A DNA stretch of 64,000 bases from an uncultured Clostridia bacterium (GCA_963931445.1 OZ007016.1:1475279-1539278), one strand, 5' to 3'. Positions 10,808 to 20,564 are shown, counted from the stretch's first letter. Notes: generated from the letters alone by a model not told the origin. Numbers and translations are program-made.

Positions 10808-10975
10808 TGTGTTCTATTTTTCAAATTAACTTTTCTTATTGTATAGAAAAAATCGACTTTTTACTTAATATTTCAGTATCTTTAACGATTTTTTCTATAC
10901 AACAAGGTTAAGTTTCCTTAGGCTGTGCATATTCGCGAAGCGAAATGCACATGTGGCGAAGCCACTTTTCTTATT
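10808..10975 (+). repeat. Dispersed structured repeat element A, copy 1
   Basis: Shares GTGTTCTATTTTT..CTTATTGTATAGAAAAAATCGAC..CGATTTTTTCTATACAACAAGGTTA..GGCGAAGCC..CTTTTCTTATT with the copies at 22545, 30800 (tandem) and 61426. Confidence 0.8.
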
Positions 10976-11008
10976 CTTTTTGCTCTACCTTTCTATCAGC
11001 ATACAGTT

Positions 11009-12262
11009 CTACAAATACAAGCTGAGACGGAAGCCGATGCCGAAGTAACTGTCAGTCGCATTGTCGTAGTTACGGCTAGCTGTGTAAATGTTGCTGTCGT
11101 AGTAAAGGCCTCCTCTAAAAGTACAGGGGTTAGCAAAATTGCTGTAAGTGTAACTTGAATATTCTGTAGTCCATTCTGCTAAATTAGAAGCCATATCATT
11201 TATTTTACATACTTCATCTGCATTTGCTCCTGTATTTGCTAAACTACTATTTTTACTTTTTTGATTTGCATAATTTATATTTCCTGCTTCTTGTATATAC
11301 ACTATTGCTGTATCCCATGCATAACTATTTATTAAATCACTTTTTACACTTGTACTTTCTGCATAAGTATTTATTGCAACCTTTGATGCATCAAGCTGAG
11401 TTATATAGTTCCATAATGTTTTTGGATTATATGACATACTATCTTCTGAATAACCATTAGATTTTTTTGATGCTGCTTTATAATTTGCCGTACTGCTTCC
11501 ACTTGCATAACTTGCTTCATATCTTCCTATATAATATCCACCATTTGAATTCACACTATCTATAAATCCTTTTAAATCTTTGGCTGTTGCATTTTCTCCA
11601 TCTTTTCCACTACTTGCAACTCCTTGTCTATATTCTATAATTTCTTTATATCTTGAATTTATTACTACACTGTCTGATTGATCTGTATAATGTTCTGCAT
11701 ATTGTACTGGTTCTGGATTTCCAGATTCATCAAATGTATATCTTCCTAATTTTATTTCTGCACTTGGACTTCCATCATCTTTTGTAAATGTTCCTACTGG
11801 TATCCACACATATTGGCTTCCTTGCACATTTGCATCATTAGATGCATTCACATCTTCTATTACTATTCCTTGATGTACTGTATCTCCTGAATCTTCCGCT
11901 ATTTTAAATCCTGCTGGAACCATTACAGTATTATTCTTTTCATCTTTTATTGGAGTTTTTGATGTAAACACATAACTATTATTCTTTGCATCTGTTACTG
12001 TACTTGGTGGTGGTTCTGGCTCTTTTGTTTGCTCTGTTATATATGCATCTAAATTTGCCATTGTTTGGTCTTCTTTTACTTCTCCCTGCTCTGTTCTATC
12101 TTTTGCTTCTTTTGCCCATCCTACTAATCCATTATCTCCAAATGCTCCTCTTATTGCTATTGTTGCTAATATGATTAATATCACTATTGTTATTACTAAC
12201 GCAATTAAGGTTATTCCTCTTTCTTGTTTTAAGGCTTTTTGAAACTTTTTATTTTTACTCAT
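11009..12262 (-). CDS. type IV pilin-like protein (class III leader KQERG|ITLIALVITIVIL) fused to a C-terminal FGE-sulfatase (SUMF1-like) domain
   Basis: The N-terminal 22 aa are nearly identical to PilA at 42494. The C-terminus carries FGE-sulfatase motifs (NLAEWT, RGG, GIGFRL). The 3' part is noticeably GC-richer than the genome. Confidence 0.7.
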   Translation of the reverse strand: MSKNKKFQKALKQERGITLIALVITIVILIILATIAIRGAFGDNGLVGWAKEAKDRTEQGEVKEDQTMANLDAYITEQTKEPEPPPSTVTDAKNNSYVFTSKTPIKDEKNNTVMVPAGFKIAEDSGDTVHQGIVIEDVNASNDANVQGSQYVWIPVGTFTKDDGSPSAEIKLGRYTFDESGNPEPVQYAEHYTDQSDSVVINSRYKEIIEYRQGVASSGKDGENATAKDLKGFIDSVNSNGGYYIGRYEASYASGSSTANYKAASKKSNGYSEDSMSYNPKTLWNYITQLDASKVAINTYAESTSVKSDLINSYAWDTAIVYIQEAGNINYANQKSKNSSLANTGANADEVCKINDMASNLAEWTTEYSSYTYSNFANPCTFRGGLYYDSNIYTASRNYDNATDSYFGIGFRLSLYL

Positions 12263-12699
12263 TTCTTTTCTCCTTTCTTTTGTTTATTTTACAATTTTAA
12301 TATTGCCTTCTTTTTTACTTTTCATTCATTTTGCTTTATTTTGTTATTTTTTTATTTATTTTATTGACCTGTTTTTAAAACTTAAAAAGTACCTTTTGGC
12401 ACATTTTTGTACTTCTAAGTTTCAAATTACCTTAAATTTTTTTATACCTTTTTGGTACTTTTTAGTTTCCTTTTTTGGGTCATTTTTATTTTACCTCAAG
12501 CTTTTATTTTTTGTCAATAGGAATAAGAAATGAAGCTTTTGAATTTTTTCTATGGTAAAGAATCATTAGATAAATTACACATCCAAAATTAAAGAAAAAG
12601 CAATACTTCTTACTTAATTAAATCCTTTTAAATAGCATTTAATCGGTAATTAGAAGTTACTTTTTCTAATTATATTTTACTTTTTCAATTCACCAATAT

Positions 12700-12780
12700 T
12701 ATGTGAAATATCGTTACTGTTCAGTGTATTAAAAGTTTGGAATATCTATTGAAGAAGTTATTTATTTTTATTACATTTTT
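12700..12780. repeat. Left inverted repeat flanking the endolysin-Fic cassette
   Basis: Its reverse complement aligns with 14311-14392 at about 75-80% identity (AAAAATAAATAACTTCTTCAATA...TTTTAATACACT...TAATATTG). Confidence 0.7.
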
Positions 12781-12888
12781 GCAGTACGCGTAGCGACCAA
12801 ACGAACTTTTCTAATGTGAGTGCAATTAAAGAAAATAAGCACAAAAAATTAATAGCAAGATATTTCAAGCTATTAACTTTTTTTCTTT

Positions 12889-13569
12889 TTAATCTATAGT
12901 TGTACTTGTTTTTCCTGTTCCTACTACATCCTCTTGTAGTGAACTCCATGTATTACACCCTACTATTCCATCTGCTGTAAGTCCTACCTTTCTTTGATAG
13001 TTTTTTACTGCTTCTTGTGTTGCTGAGCCAAATATTCCATCTAATCCTCCAGTTCTAAATCCTAATGTATTTAAATCATCTTGTGCTATTAAAACATAAT
13101 TACTCAAACTTCCTCTTTTTATTAATGGATATCCCCCTGTACTACATGCTGGCTTACCAAATCTTTTATCAAAATGGACCCATGTTGGTGTAAGTGATAT
13201 TGGTTCTACAAAACTCCATACTCCAGAATTTTTTGCAGAATTATATAATTTAACCCTTTGAGTTTGCGAAAGTATTTGACCTACATCAAATGCAGTACCT
13301 GCATAATGCTGACTTTGGTTTCCATGACCTCCTTCATAAGGTCTTTTAAATGCAAATCCTACAGGTATTGGCTGTCCATATATATATCTTTGGCTATTCC
13401 AACTTTGCATTGTTCTTTTTGTTGTCCATAATATATTACTTTTGCTAGATCCTCTAAATTCTTTCACTTTTAAAGTTCCGTTTGAATTATATGGCATAGG
13501 CTCATTTTCACCTCTATAATATGTTTCCATTCTATCAGTATCATTATTAAAAACTATTATTTTTGCCAC
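12889..13569 (-). CDS. cell-wall hydrolase: peptidase M15 (VanY/L-Ala-D-Glu endopeptidase-like) with C-terminal PG_binding_1 domain; GTG start
   Basis: M15 motifs SQHYAGTAFD and WVHFD. C-terminal LGF..G.DGIFG..T..AV..YQ is a peptidoglycan-binding domain. GGAGGAG RBS lies before GTG. Confidence 0.7.
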   Translation of the reverse strand: MAKIIVFNNDTDRMETYYRGENEPMPYNSNGTLKVKEFRGSSKSNILWTTKRTMQSWNSQRYIYGQPIPVGFAFKRPYEGGHGNQSQHYAGTAFDVGQILSQTQRVKLYNSAKNSGVWSFVEPISLTPTWVHFDKRFGKPACSTGGYPLIKRGSLSNYVLIAQDDLNTLGFRTGGLDGIFGSATQEAVKNYQRKVGLTADGIVGCNTWSSLQEDVVGTGKTSTTID

Positions 13570-13671
13570 AATACTCCTCCTTAAAATATATATTGTATTA
13601 TATTTATATTCTAAATTTAAATATTCGTTACTACATTTTTATTTTTATGTTATAATGTTTTTGGTGATATT

Positions 13672-14271
13672 ATGGAAAATAATTTCTATTCAGAAATAAA
13701 TTCAAAATATTGCTATGAAAATAGCAATGTTCTAGTTAATAAACTTAATATACATGATGAAAAGATTTTACAAAAATATGAAGCTAAAATAACTGCTGCT
13801 AAACTTTTATCTTTAAGACATAAAGGAATTATTGGTAATTTTGATGTTAAACATCTTAATTCAATACATTCTTATTTATTTGAAGATATATATTCATTTG
13901 CTGGAAAATTTAGAAATGAAAATATTGCTAAAGATAATTTTAGATTTGCAGAATATGAATATATAGAACAAGAACTTATTAAATTACTAAATAAGCTAAA
14001 AGAAGAAAATTATCTTTCTAATCTTTCTAAGGAAGATTTAGCACAAAAACTTGCTTACTATATGTCTGAATTAAATGTACTTCATCCATATAGAGAAGGT
14101 AATGGAAGAACTATTAGAGAATTTATTAGAGAATTAGCTTTAAAAAATAACTTTACATTAAATTTAAGTAATGTTTCACCTAAATTATTTTTAGAAGCAA
14201 GTAAAAAATCTATTGTAGACCCAGCTCCTTTAGCTAAATTAATATACACTTGCTTAGAAGAAAAAAGTTAA
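13672..14271 (+). CDS. fic: Fic-family AMPylator (HPYREGNGRTIRE motif) with no intrinsic inhibitory helix
   Basis: Canonical Fic motif HPxx(D/E)GNGR. No (S/T)xxxE(G/N) motif at either end, so it is class-I-like. Extended -10 TGTTATAAT lies upstream. Confidence 0.8.
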   Translation: MENNFYSEINSKYCYENSNVLVNKLNIHDEKILQKYEAKITAAKLLSLRHKGIIGNFDVKHLNSIHSYLFEDIYSFAGKFRNENIAKDNFRFAEYEYIEQELIKLLNKLKEENYLSNLSKEDLAQKLAYYMSELNVLHPYREGNGRTIREFIRELALKNNFTLNLSNVSPKLFLEASKKSIVDPAPLAKLIYTCLEEKS

Positions 14272-14310
14272 AATATATATTTGTCTTACTTTATAATATG
14301 TTTATTTTTT

Positions 14311-14392
14311 TCTAAATATAATAAAAATAAATAACTTCTTCAATAAATATCACAGATTTTTAATACACTAAATAGTAGCAAAAAATCTCACT
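14311..14392. repeat. Right inverted repeat flanking the endolysin-Fic cassette
   Basis: See 12700-12780. Confidence 0.7.
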
Positions 14393-14494
14393 AATATTGC
14401 AAATATATACTAATTTTACTGGACTTTTAGCCTTATTTATGGTATAATATATATGTGGTTGTTTTATAACCAATTATATCTTGGAGGTTGTAAA

Positions 14495-14662
14495 ATGTTT
14501 AATGAAGAAATTTTTAATTTTGATATAAATAATATAAAAAGTGATTTAGCAATAGAGGGTTTATCTATATCTGATACTGATATAAATTTATTTAAACAAT
14601 TTGCTAATGATGAAATTGATATAACAAATTTAATACAAACAATAAAAGATGAAATTAATTAA
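14495..14662 (+). CDS. VbhA-like Fic antitoxin domain protein (55 aa)
   Basis: GGAGG RBS and its own TGgTATAAT promoter. AIEGLSIS...NDEIDITNLIQTIKDEI follows the VbhA pattern (xxEGL...GE(L/I)xxSDVIKDL). ATG at 14495 is preferred over the upstream ORF start. Confidence 0.55.
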   Translation: MFNEEIFNFDINNIKSDLAIEGLSISDTDINLFKQFANDEIDITNLIQTIKDEIN

Positions 14663-14719
14663 ATTTTCCTTTACAAAGTTAAAATAATTTTAATTACATC
14701 TTTTCTTATTAAAATGAAA

Positions 14720-14778
14720 AATCTATCTTTTATGTATGCTTTCTTTTGAGAGTGAGCAAACATAAAAGATAGTTTTTT
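14720..14778. terminator. Bidirectional rho-independent terminator with a 13-bp stem
   Basis: CTATCTTTTATGT...ACATAAAAGATAG followed by a T-run. Confidence 0.6.
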
Positions 14779-14816
14779 TATTTTAACAATAATATTTTAA
14801 TTTATGTATTTTCATT

Positions 14817-15575
14817 TTATACTTCTCTACATTTAACTACCAACCTTTGTGTTCCATAATTTGTGCAAGTTATTAATGTTACTTCTTTCCTTCCGTTTGT
14901 AAGTTGACTTGTACATCTTGTATCTGTTGGATTTACTATGTATTTATTGTAAACTTCATATTCTAATGTTCTTCCTGTCATATCTTGTAATTGTATTTTA
15001 TCTCCATTTTCTAATTCACTTAATCTTCCAAACATTTTTCCATTTCTATAATTATGTCCTACAATACAATAATTTCCTACTTCATTTGGTTTTACATTTG
15101 GTTTTAATTTATCTGCTTCTGGCCAATACCTGTTAACTGAAATTTCAAGTAACTCATCAGAAGTTTCAGATAATACTGGATATGTTATTCCTATCTTTGG
15201 TATAGTAATAATTGCTTCTGTTGTATATGTAACTCCACCTATTGTTGTATTACTAGATATTTCATTATTTGTAGAACTTATCTCTTGAGTTTCTTGTATT
15301 TGAGTTTGCTGTACTTCTCTTTCACTTAATACAACTATTATTACATCATCTTCTTCTGCTTGCTTAATTGTATCATCATTTTCTATTTTTACTTCTGATA
15401 ATAATTGTTTTGAAACTTCCTCGCTTTTATTTCTATCATACTCTGCATATATATAATATGAGGATAATAAACATACTAAAAGAACTGATATAAAAAATTG
15501 GATTTTATACAGTTTCTTTTTTCTTTTTAGTTCTGGAGTAACATATAGCTTTTCAGTAACTAAAATTTGATTCAA
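14817..15575 (-). CDS. sortase-family transpeptidase
   Basis: N-terminal TM, catalytic His (VGHNYRNG), the TLITC signature and a downstream Arg. Confidence 0.8.
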   Translation of the reverse strand: MNQILVTEKLYVTPELKRKKKLYKIQFFISVLLVCLLSSYYIYAEYDRNKSEEVSKQLLSEVKIENDDTIKQAEEDDVIIVVLSEREVQQTQIQETQEISSTNNEISSNTTIGGVTYTTEAIITIPKIGITYPVLSETSDELLEISVNRYWPEADKLKPNVKPNEVGNYCIVGHNYRNGKMFGRLSELENGDKIQLQDMTGRTLEYEVYNKYIVNPTDTRCTSQLTNGRKEVTLITCTNYGTQRLVVKCREV

Positions 15576-15634
15576 ATTTATATCCTCCTTTAAACAATAT
15601 TTACATAATTATTATATCATATATTTTTGAAATT

Positions 15635-16504
15635 TCAAATAGACTTTGAAATTAAATTTGATAATTTGGCAAATTGTTCAATTGTTAGTCTTTCGCCTCT
15701 CATAGTTTCATCTATTTCTGCTTTTGTCAATACTTCTTTTAGTTTCTCTTTATCTCTTGTTATACCAAAATTAGTTAAACTATTTAGTAAAGTTTTTCTT
15801 CTTTGCATAAAACTTGCTTTTATAATATTAAAAAACATTTTTTCATCTATAACATTTACTGCTGGTATATTTCTTATATAAAGTTTAATTACTTCTGAAT
15901 CAACTTCTGGAGCTGGTATAAATGAATCACTTTCTACTACAATAATCTCCTCTGGTATCGCATAATAATTTACACTATATGTTATTGCTCCTGATAATTT
16001 ATCTCCTGGGTCTGCAGTAATCCTTTGAGCTACTTCCTTTTGTATCATAACAGTAATACTTTCTATATCTAATTTTTCTTCTAAAAGTTTCATTATAATA
16101 GGAGTTGTTATATAATATGGTAAGTTTGCTACAATTTTTACTTTTTCAAAGGATTTTTTATATTGGCTAATTAATTTATTTAAATCAGTTTTTAATACAT
16201 CTTGATTTATTAAAACAAAATTATCACATTGTTTGAATCTATCATTTAATATATTAATCATTTTATTATCTATTTCTATTGCTATAACTTTGCCAGCTTT
16301 TTCAATCAATTTTTTTGTAAGTGTTCCAAGCCCTGGACCAATTTCTATTATGATATCATTTTGTTCTATATTAGCTGATAATATTATCTTTTCTATAACA
16401 TCATCATTTATTAAAAAATTTTGTCCCAATTTTTTATTTGCAGTTATATTGTATTTATTTAAAATTATTTTTGTTTCTTGCAAACTAGTCATAATTTCCT
16501 CCAT
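15635..16504 (-). CDS. rsmA: 16S rRNA (adenine1518/1519-N6)-dimethyltransferase
   Basis: KsgA motifs including LGQNFL and the SAM-binding EIGPGLGTLT. Confidence 0.9.
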   Translation of the reverse strand: MEEIMTSLQETKIILNKYNITANKKLGQNFLINDDVIEKIILSANIEQNDIIIEIGPGLGTLTKKLIEKAGKVIAIEIDNKMINILNDRFKQCDNFVLINQDVLKTDLNKLISQYKKSFEKVKIVANLPYYITTPIIMKLLEEKLDIESITVMIQKEVAQRITADPGDKLSGAITYSVNYYAIPEEIIVVESDSFIPAPEVDSEVIKLYIRNIPAVNVIDEKMFFNIIKASFMQRRKTLLNSLTNFGITRDKEKLKEVLTKAEIDETMRGERLTIEQFAKLSNLISKSI

Positions 16505-16517
16505 TTTAGCAATTTAA

Positions 16518-18816
16518 TTATTCTTCTATCTCTTGTTTTAATACAACATTTATTACTGTTCCTTCTTCTACCTTTGTTCCTGCAGTTATATCTTGGCTTG
16601 TTATTTTTCCGCTTCCAGAATATTTTATATTTAAATTCTTATTTTTTAATTCTGCTTTTGCCTCTGATAAGTACATTCCTTTTAAATTAGGTACTGTTTG
16701 TGATATTCTTGTATCATCCTCTTCTGTATATAATTTTATAATAGAACCTTCTATTAGTTCTGTTCCTGCTACTGGCATTTGTTTACTTACAATACTATCT
16801 GACTTGCCTGAAGTACTACATTCAAATCCTAAATTTTCTAACATTTTTTGAGCTTCAGCTACAGTTTTATTTTCAACATTAGGTAATGAAATAGTTTCAG
16901 GGACTTCATCTTCTTCTGTAGTATCTGATGTAATTCCTAAATATGGTAAAACCTCTTTTAATATTTGAGCTACTACCGGTGCTGCAACTGTACTTCCGCT
17001 ATTATAATCTCCTTGTGGACCATATAATGTTACTAATACTACAATTTCTGGACTTTCTACAGGTGATATTCCTACAAATGAAGCTACATAACCTGCATCT
17101 TCATCTGATGGATCTGGCTCTGATGTTCCAGTTTTTCCTGCTATACTATAACCTTTAACTTGAGCATATCTTCCTGTACCACTGTCAACTACTGTTTCTA
17201 ACATGTCTAATAATGACTCTGATGTTTGTTTAGATATTACTTGTCTTACTTTTTCTGGTTCTATTGTTGTAATTGCTCCTGTATCTGTATTTTTTATTTC
17301 TTTTGCTATTCTAGGTTTCATTAATATTCCATCATTTGCAACAGCTGATACAGCTGAAATCATCTGTAATGGTGTTATTTTAAATCTTTGGCCAAATGAC
17401 ATTGTTGCAAGTTCAATGCTTCCACATCTTCTTCATTCCAAAATATACTTTGTGCTTCTTCTGAATTTCCACATCCCCATATATCTCCAAATCCTGTATT
17501 ATCAAAAAAATTAAATGCATCATAATATCTATATAATGTTTCTGCTCCTATTTTTTTGCCAAGTTGTATAAATGCTGGATTACAAGAATACTTTAGTGCA
17601 TCTCTTAAACTTAATGATCCATGTCCAGATTTATCTGAACACCAAATTGTAACTCCAGATACTTTTTCATAGCCTTTACAGGTATATACATTTGTTGTAT
17701 CAGCATCAGTGATTCCTTCTTCTAATCCTGCTGCTGCAGTTATTATTTTAAAAACTGAACCTGGCTCATATGTAGATGTAACTGCTCTATTATTCCATGT
17801 TTCTTGTTGCTTTTGATACTGTTCTTCTGCAGACATCTTTTTCCATTCTTTTTCATCTATAAAATCTAAAGTATATGGATCATTTAAATTATAATCTGGA
17901 TATGTAGCCATTGCCAAAATATCTCCAGTATTTGGCTTCATTATTATTACATTTCCACCATCTTTACATTTATTTTCTTCACAGGCTTGTTTTAAATATT
18001 TTTCTGCTATTTGTTGTATATTTGCATCTATTGTTAAGGTTATATCATTTCCATTTTGTGGTGCAATATATGTTTCATTTTCATATGGAATTAGATCTTG
18101 TACTGCGTCTTGAGCTGATGTAACTTTTCCAGGTGTTCCTGTTAAAATATCATTCCATTTTAATTCTAATCCCCATAATCCATAATTATCTGTACCACAA
18201 AATCCAATTAAATTTGAAGCTAAATTATTGTATGGATAATACCTTTTTGTATCTTCATCTATATTTATTCCACTATATATTTTATTTTCTTTCATCCATT
18301 CTTCTAACTTTTCTACTTTTTCATTTTCTACCTTTTTAGCTATTGTTACATTAGTACTATCACTTGATACTTTTTCTAATGTTTCATCATATTTTAATTC
18401 AAATATTTCTGAAAAAGCTTTTGCTACTTTTTCTTTTAATTCTTTTGTTTTTGTTTCATCAATATCTCCATCATCATTTTCTACTACTATTCTACTAGGA
18501 TCTACACTTATAGTATCTACTTGTGCACTTATAGCTAATGCTTTTCCTGTTGAATCATATATTGTTCCTCTTTTAGGACTAATTGTTTTACTTGCTGTTA
18601 ATTGTCTATGCATTTCTTCTTTTAGTTCAGCCCCTTGTACAATTTGTAACCAAGCTAATCTAAATATTAATATTAATAATACTACAAAAAAAGCAATTAA
18701 TATTCTAGCTATTCTTTCATTAATACTGCATATTTTTTTACTTTGCTAGATTTATTATTTTTTTCAAATTTATATACATTTGTTTTTTTATTATTTTTCA
18801 ACTTTTGTATCATCCT
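16518..18816 (-). CDS. second class B PBP (PBP2B/SpoVD paralog with PASTA domain); at least two single-base frameshifts
   Basis: It is split into 17375-18613 (N-terminal part) and 16518-17402 (C-terminal part). The junction EEDV|GSIELATMSFGQRF needs a 1-nt correction near 17415. The N-terminal TM region (MIQKL...RIARILIAFFVVLL) needs another near 18700. Confidence 0.7.
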
Positions 18817-18996
18817 TTCATTGGATAATTTTATTACAACTTATTATCAGTATTTTGCACTTAATATTTTATATTAAAATATAAAAAAAATCAAGAAAAT
18901 TCGCAATAAATATAGCTTAGATAAAATAAAGTAACTTGATATAATCTTATAAGTTAATGGTAATTTTATACAAATAAATTTTTTGCTTCCTTTTGT

Positions 18997-19248
18997 TTAT
19001 TTTTTAGTCATATCATCTATTTCTTTTGCTCTTTTTTTCTGTTTTTCAGGTGTTAGCCAAGCAAAATAAGATGACACAAATTCTCCGTATTTAGTAAAGT
19101 CCTCAATTTCCTCATAGTTCTCATAGTTTTTACTATTATTCAACTTCTTATTTTCTATTTTTTCATTATAATCATTATTTTGGTTCAAAAAAATACACCT
19201 CCTATTATTATAATAGTTTGTGCATTTTTTTCTTATATATTCTAACAC
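18997..19248 (-). CDS. hypothetical protein
   Basis: ORF only; no recognisable domain. Confidence 0.3.
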   Translation of the reverse strand: MLEYIRKKCTNYYNNRRCIFLNQNNDYNEKIENKKLNNSKNYENYEEIEDFTKYGEFVSSYFAWLTPEKQKKRAKEIDDMTKK

Positions 19249-19256
19249 ATTATAGC

Positions 19257-20122
19257 TTAATTATTTTCAATTGCTTGTGCAACTCCATCATTATTGTTAT
19301 CTTCTACTACTTTATCTGCAATTTCTTTTATATATGGTGCACTATTTCCCATTGCTACTCCTAATCCGGCATTCTCAATCATCATTTTATCATTTATATT
19401 ATCTCCTATTGCCATTATTTCTTTGTTTTCTATTTTAATTTTTCTGCAAGCCATTTAATTGCATTCCACTTATCTACATTTTTACTAGTAATTTCTGTAT
19501 AATAATATTCTAGTGATATTTCTTCTGTCCCCGATTTTATAATTTTTCTAGACATATGTGCTACATCTAGTACATCTATATTTTTTATTTCTCTTAGTTT
19601 TTTTATTATACCATTAAATATTATATTGTTACTATCACTTATTGTGAATTTTAAAATATTATTATTTTTTAAATTATTGACATATTCATATATATCTTCT
19701 ACTAAATTTATTTTTGTTTTCTTTGTATCTGGTTTATTTGCATTTTCTTGATGATAAAATAGCACATTATTATTTAATGATTTGGCTATAACCATATCTT
19801 CTGTATATATATTATAATAGATACTGTTTTGTTCACAAATATTTATAATCTGTAAAGCTTTATCTTTATTTATAAATTTATCGTATATTATTTCTTCTTT
19901 TTTCAAATCATATATTAATGAACCATTTCCACAAATTATATATTCATTTTCACCTAAATCTTCTGCAAAAGTTTTTACTGAATTTGTAGATCTTCCTGAT
20001 GATAATACTATTTTTTTTCCTTCACTTTGTGCTTTTTTTATTACTTGTTTATTTTTTTGAGATATTTGCCCATATGAATTTAAAAGTGTTCCATCTAAAT
20101 CTATTGCTATTAATTTGTACAT
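19257..20122 (-). CDS. Cof-type HAD-IIB phosphatase; frameshift in an A-run near 19440
   Basis: N-terminal IAIDLDGTLL and the C-terminal piece AIGDNINDKMMIENAGLGVAMGN sit in adjacent frames. Removing one A from ttaaaatag restores WLAEKLKIENKEIMAIGD. Confidence 0.75.
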
Positions 20123-20363
20123 ATTATTAATAATATATTCTCCTTTAATATTTATTAGGTTTTTATGGTTTTACCTATAAACCTATTATAAATTATTTGT
20201 ATGATTAAAATAAATTATACCATTTAATTTTTTCTATTCAATATTTTTTCAAAAATTTCCAGTTTATTTTAAAAATATTTGTACATCATATTTAATGAAA
20301 AAGTTATTAAACTTTTTTCAAATTTTCAAAAATAAATTGTCACATTCTAGGAGGTGAATTATA

Positions 20364-20564
20364 ATGGCATATTCAAACAGCAATTCAAAAGTTGTTCCAG
20401 AAGCTAGAGAAGCTTTAGAAAAATTTAAATATGAAGTAGCTTCAGAAGTAGGTGTTAACTTAAAACAAGGTTATAATGGAGATATATCAGCTAGAGACGC
20501 TGGTAAAGTAGGTGGACAAATGGTTAGAAAATTAATACAACAAGCTGAAAGCCAAATGAGATAG
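20364..20564 (+). CDS. alpha/beta-type small acid-soluble spore protein
   Basis: KFKYEVASEVGVNL and GKVGGQMVRKLIQQAE match the SASP family signature. Confidence 0.85.
   Translation: MAYSNSNSKVVPEAREALEKFKYEVASEVGVNLKQGYNGDISARDAGKVGGQMVRKLIQQAESQMR

Noticed and set aside
12390-12470. TGGCAC-N5-TTGTA and TTGGTAC motifs resembling a sigma-54 -24/-12 promoter upstream of the pilin-FGE gene
   Set aside because: The motifs are on the plus strand and would drive transcription away from the minus-strand gene. No plus-strand ORF follows and the match to TTGCA is imperfect. A similar TGGCAC at 58880 also has no -12 element.
14453-14494. Upstream extension of the VbhA-like ORF (MWLFYNQLYLGGCK...)
   Set aside because: The extension lacks an RBS and overlaps the predicted -10. 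The internal ATG at 14495 has GGAGG 8 nt upstream.
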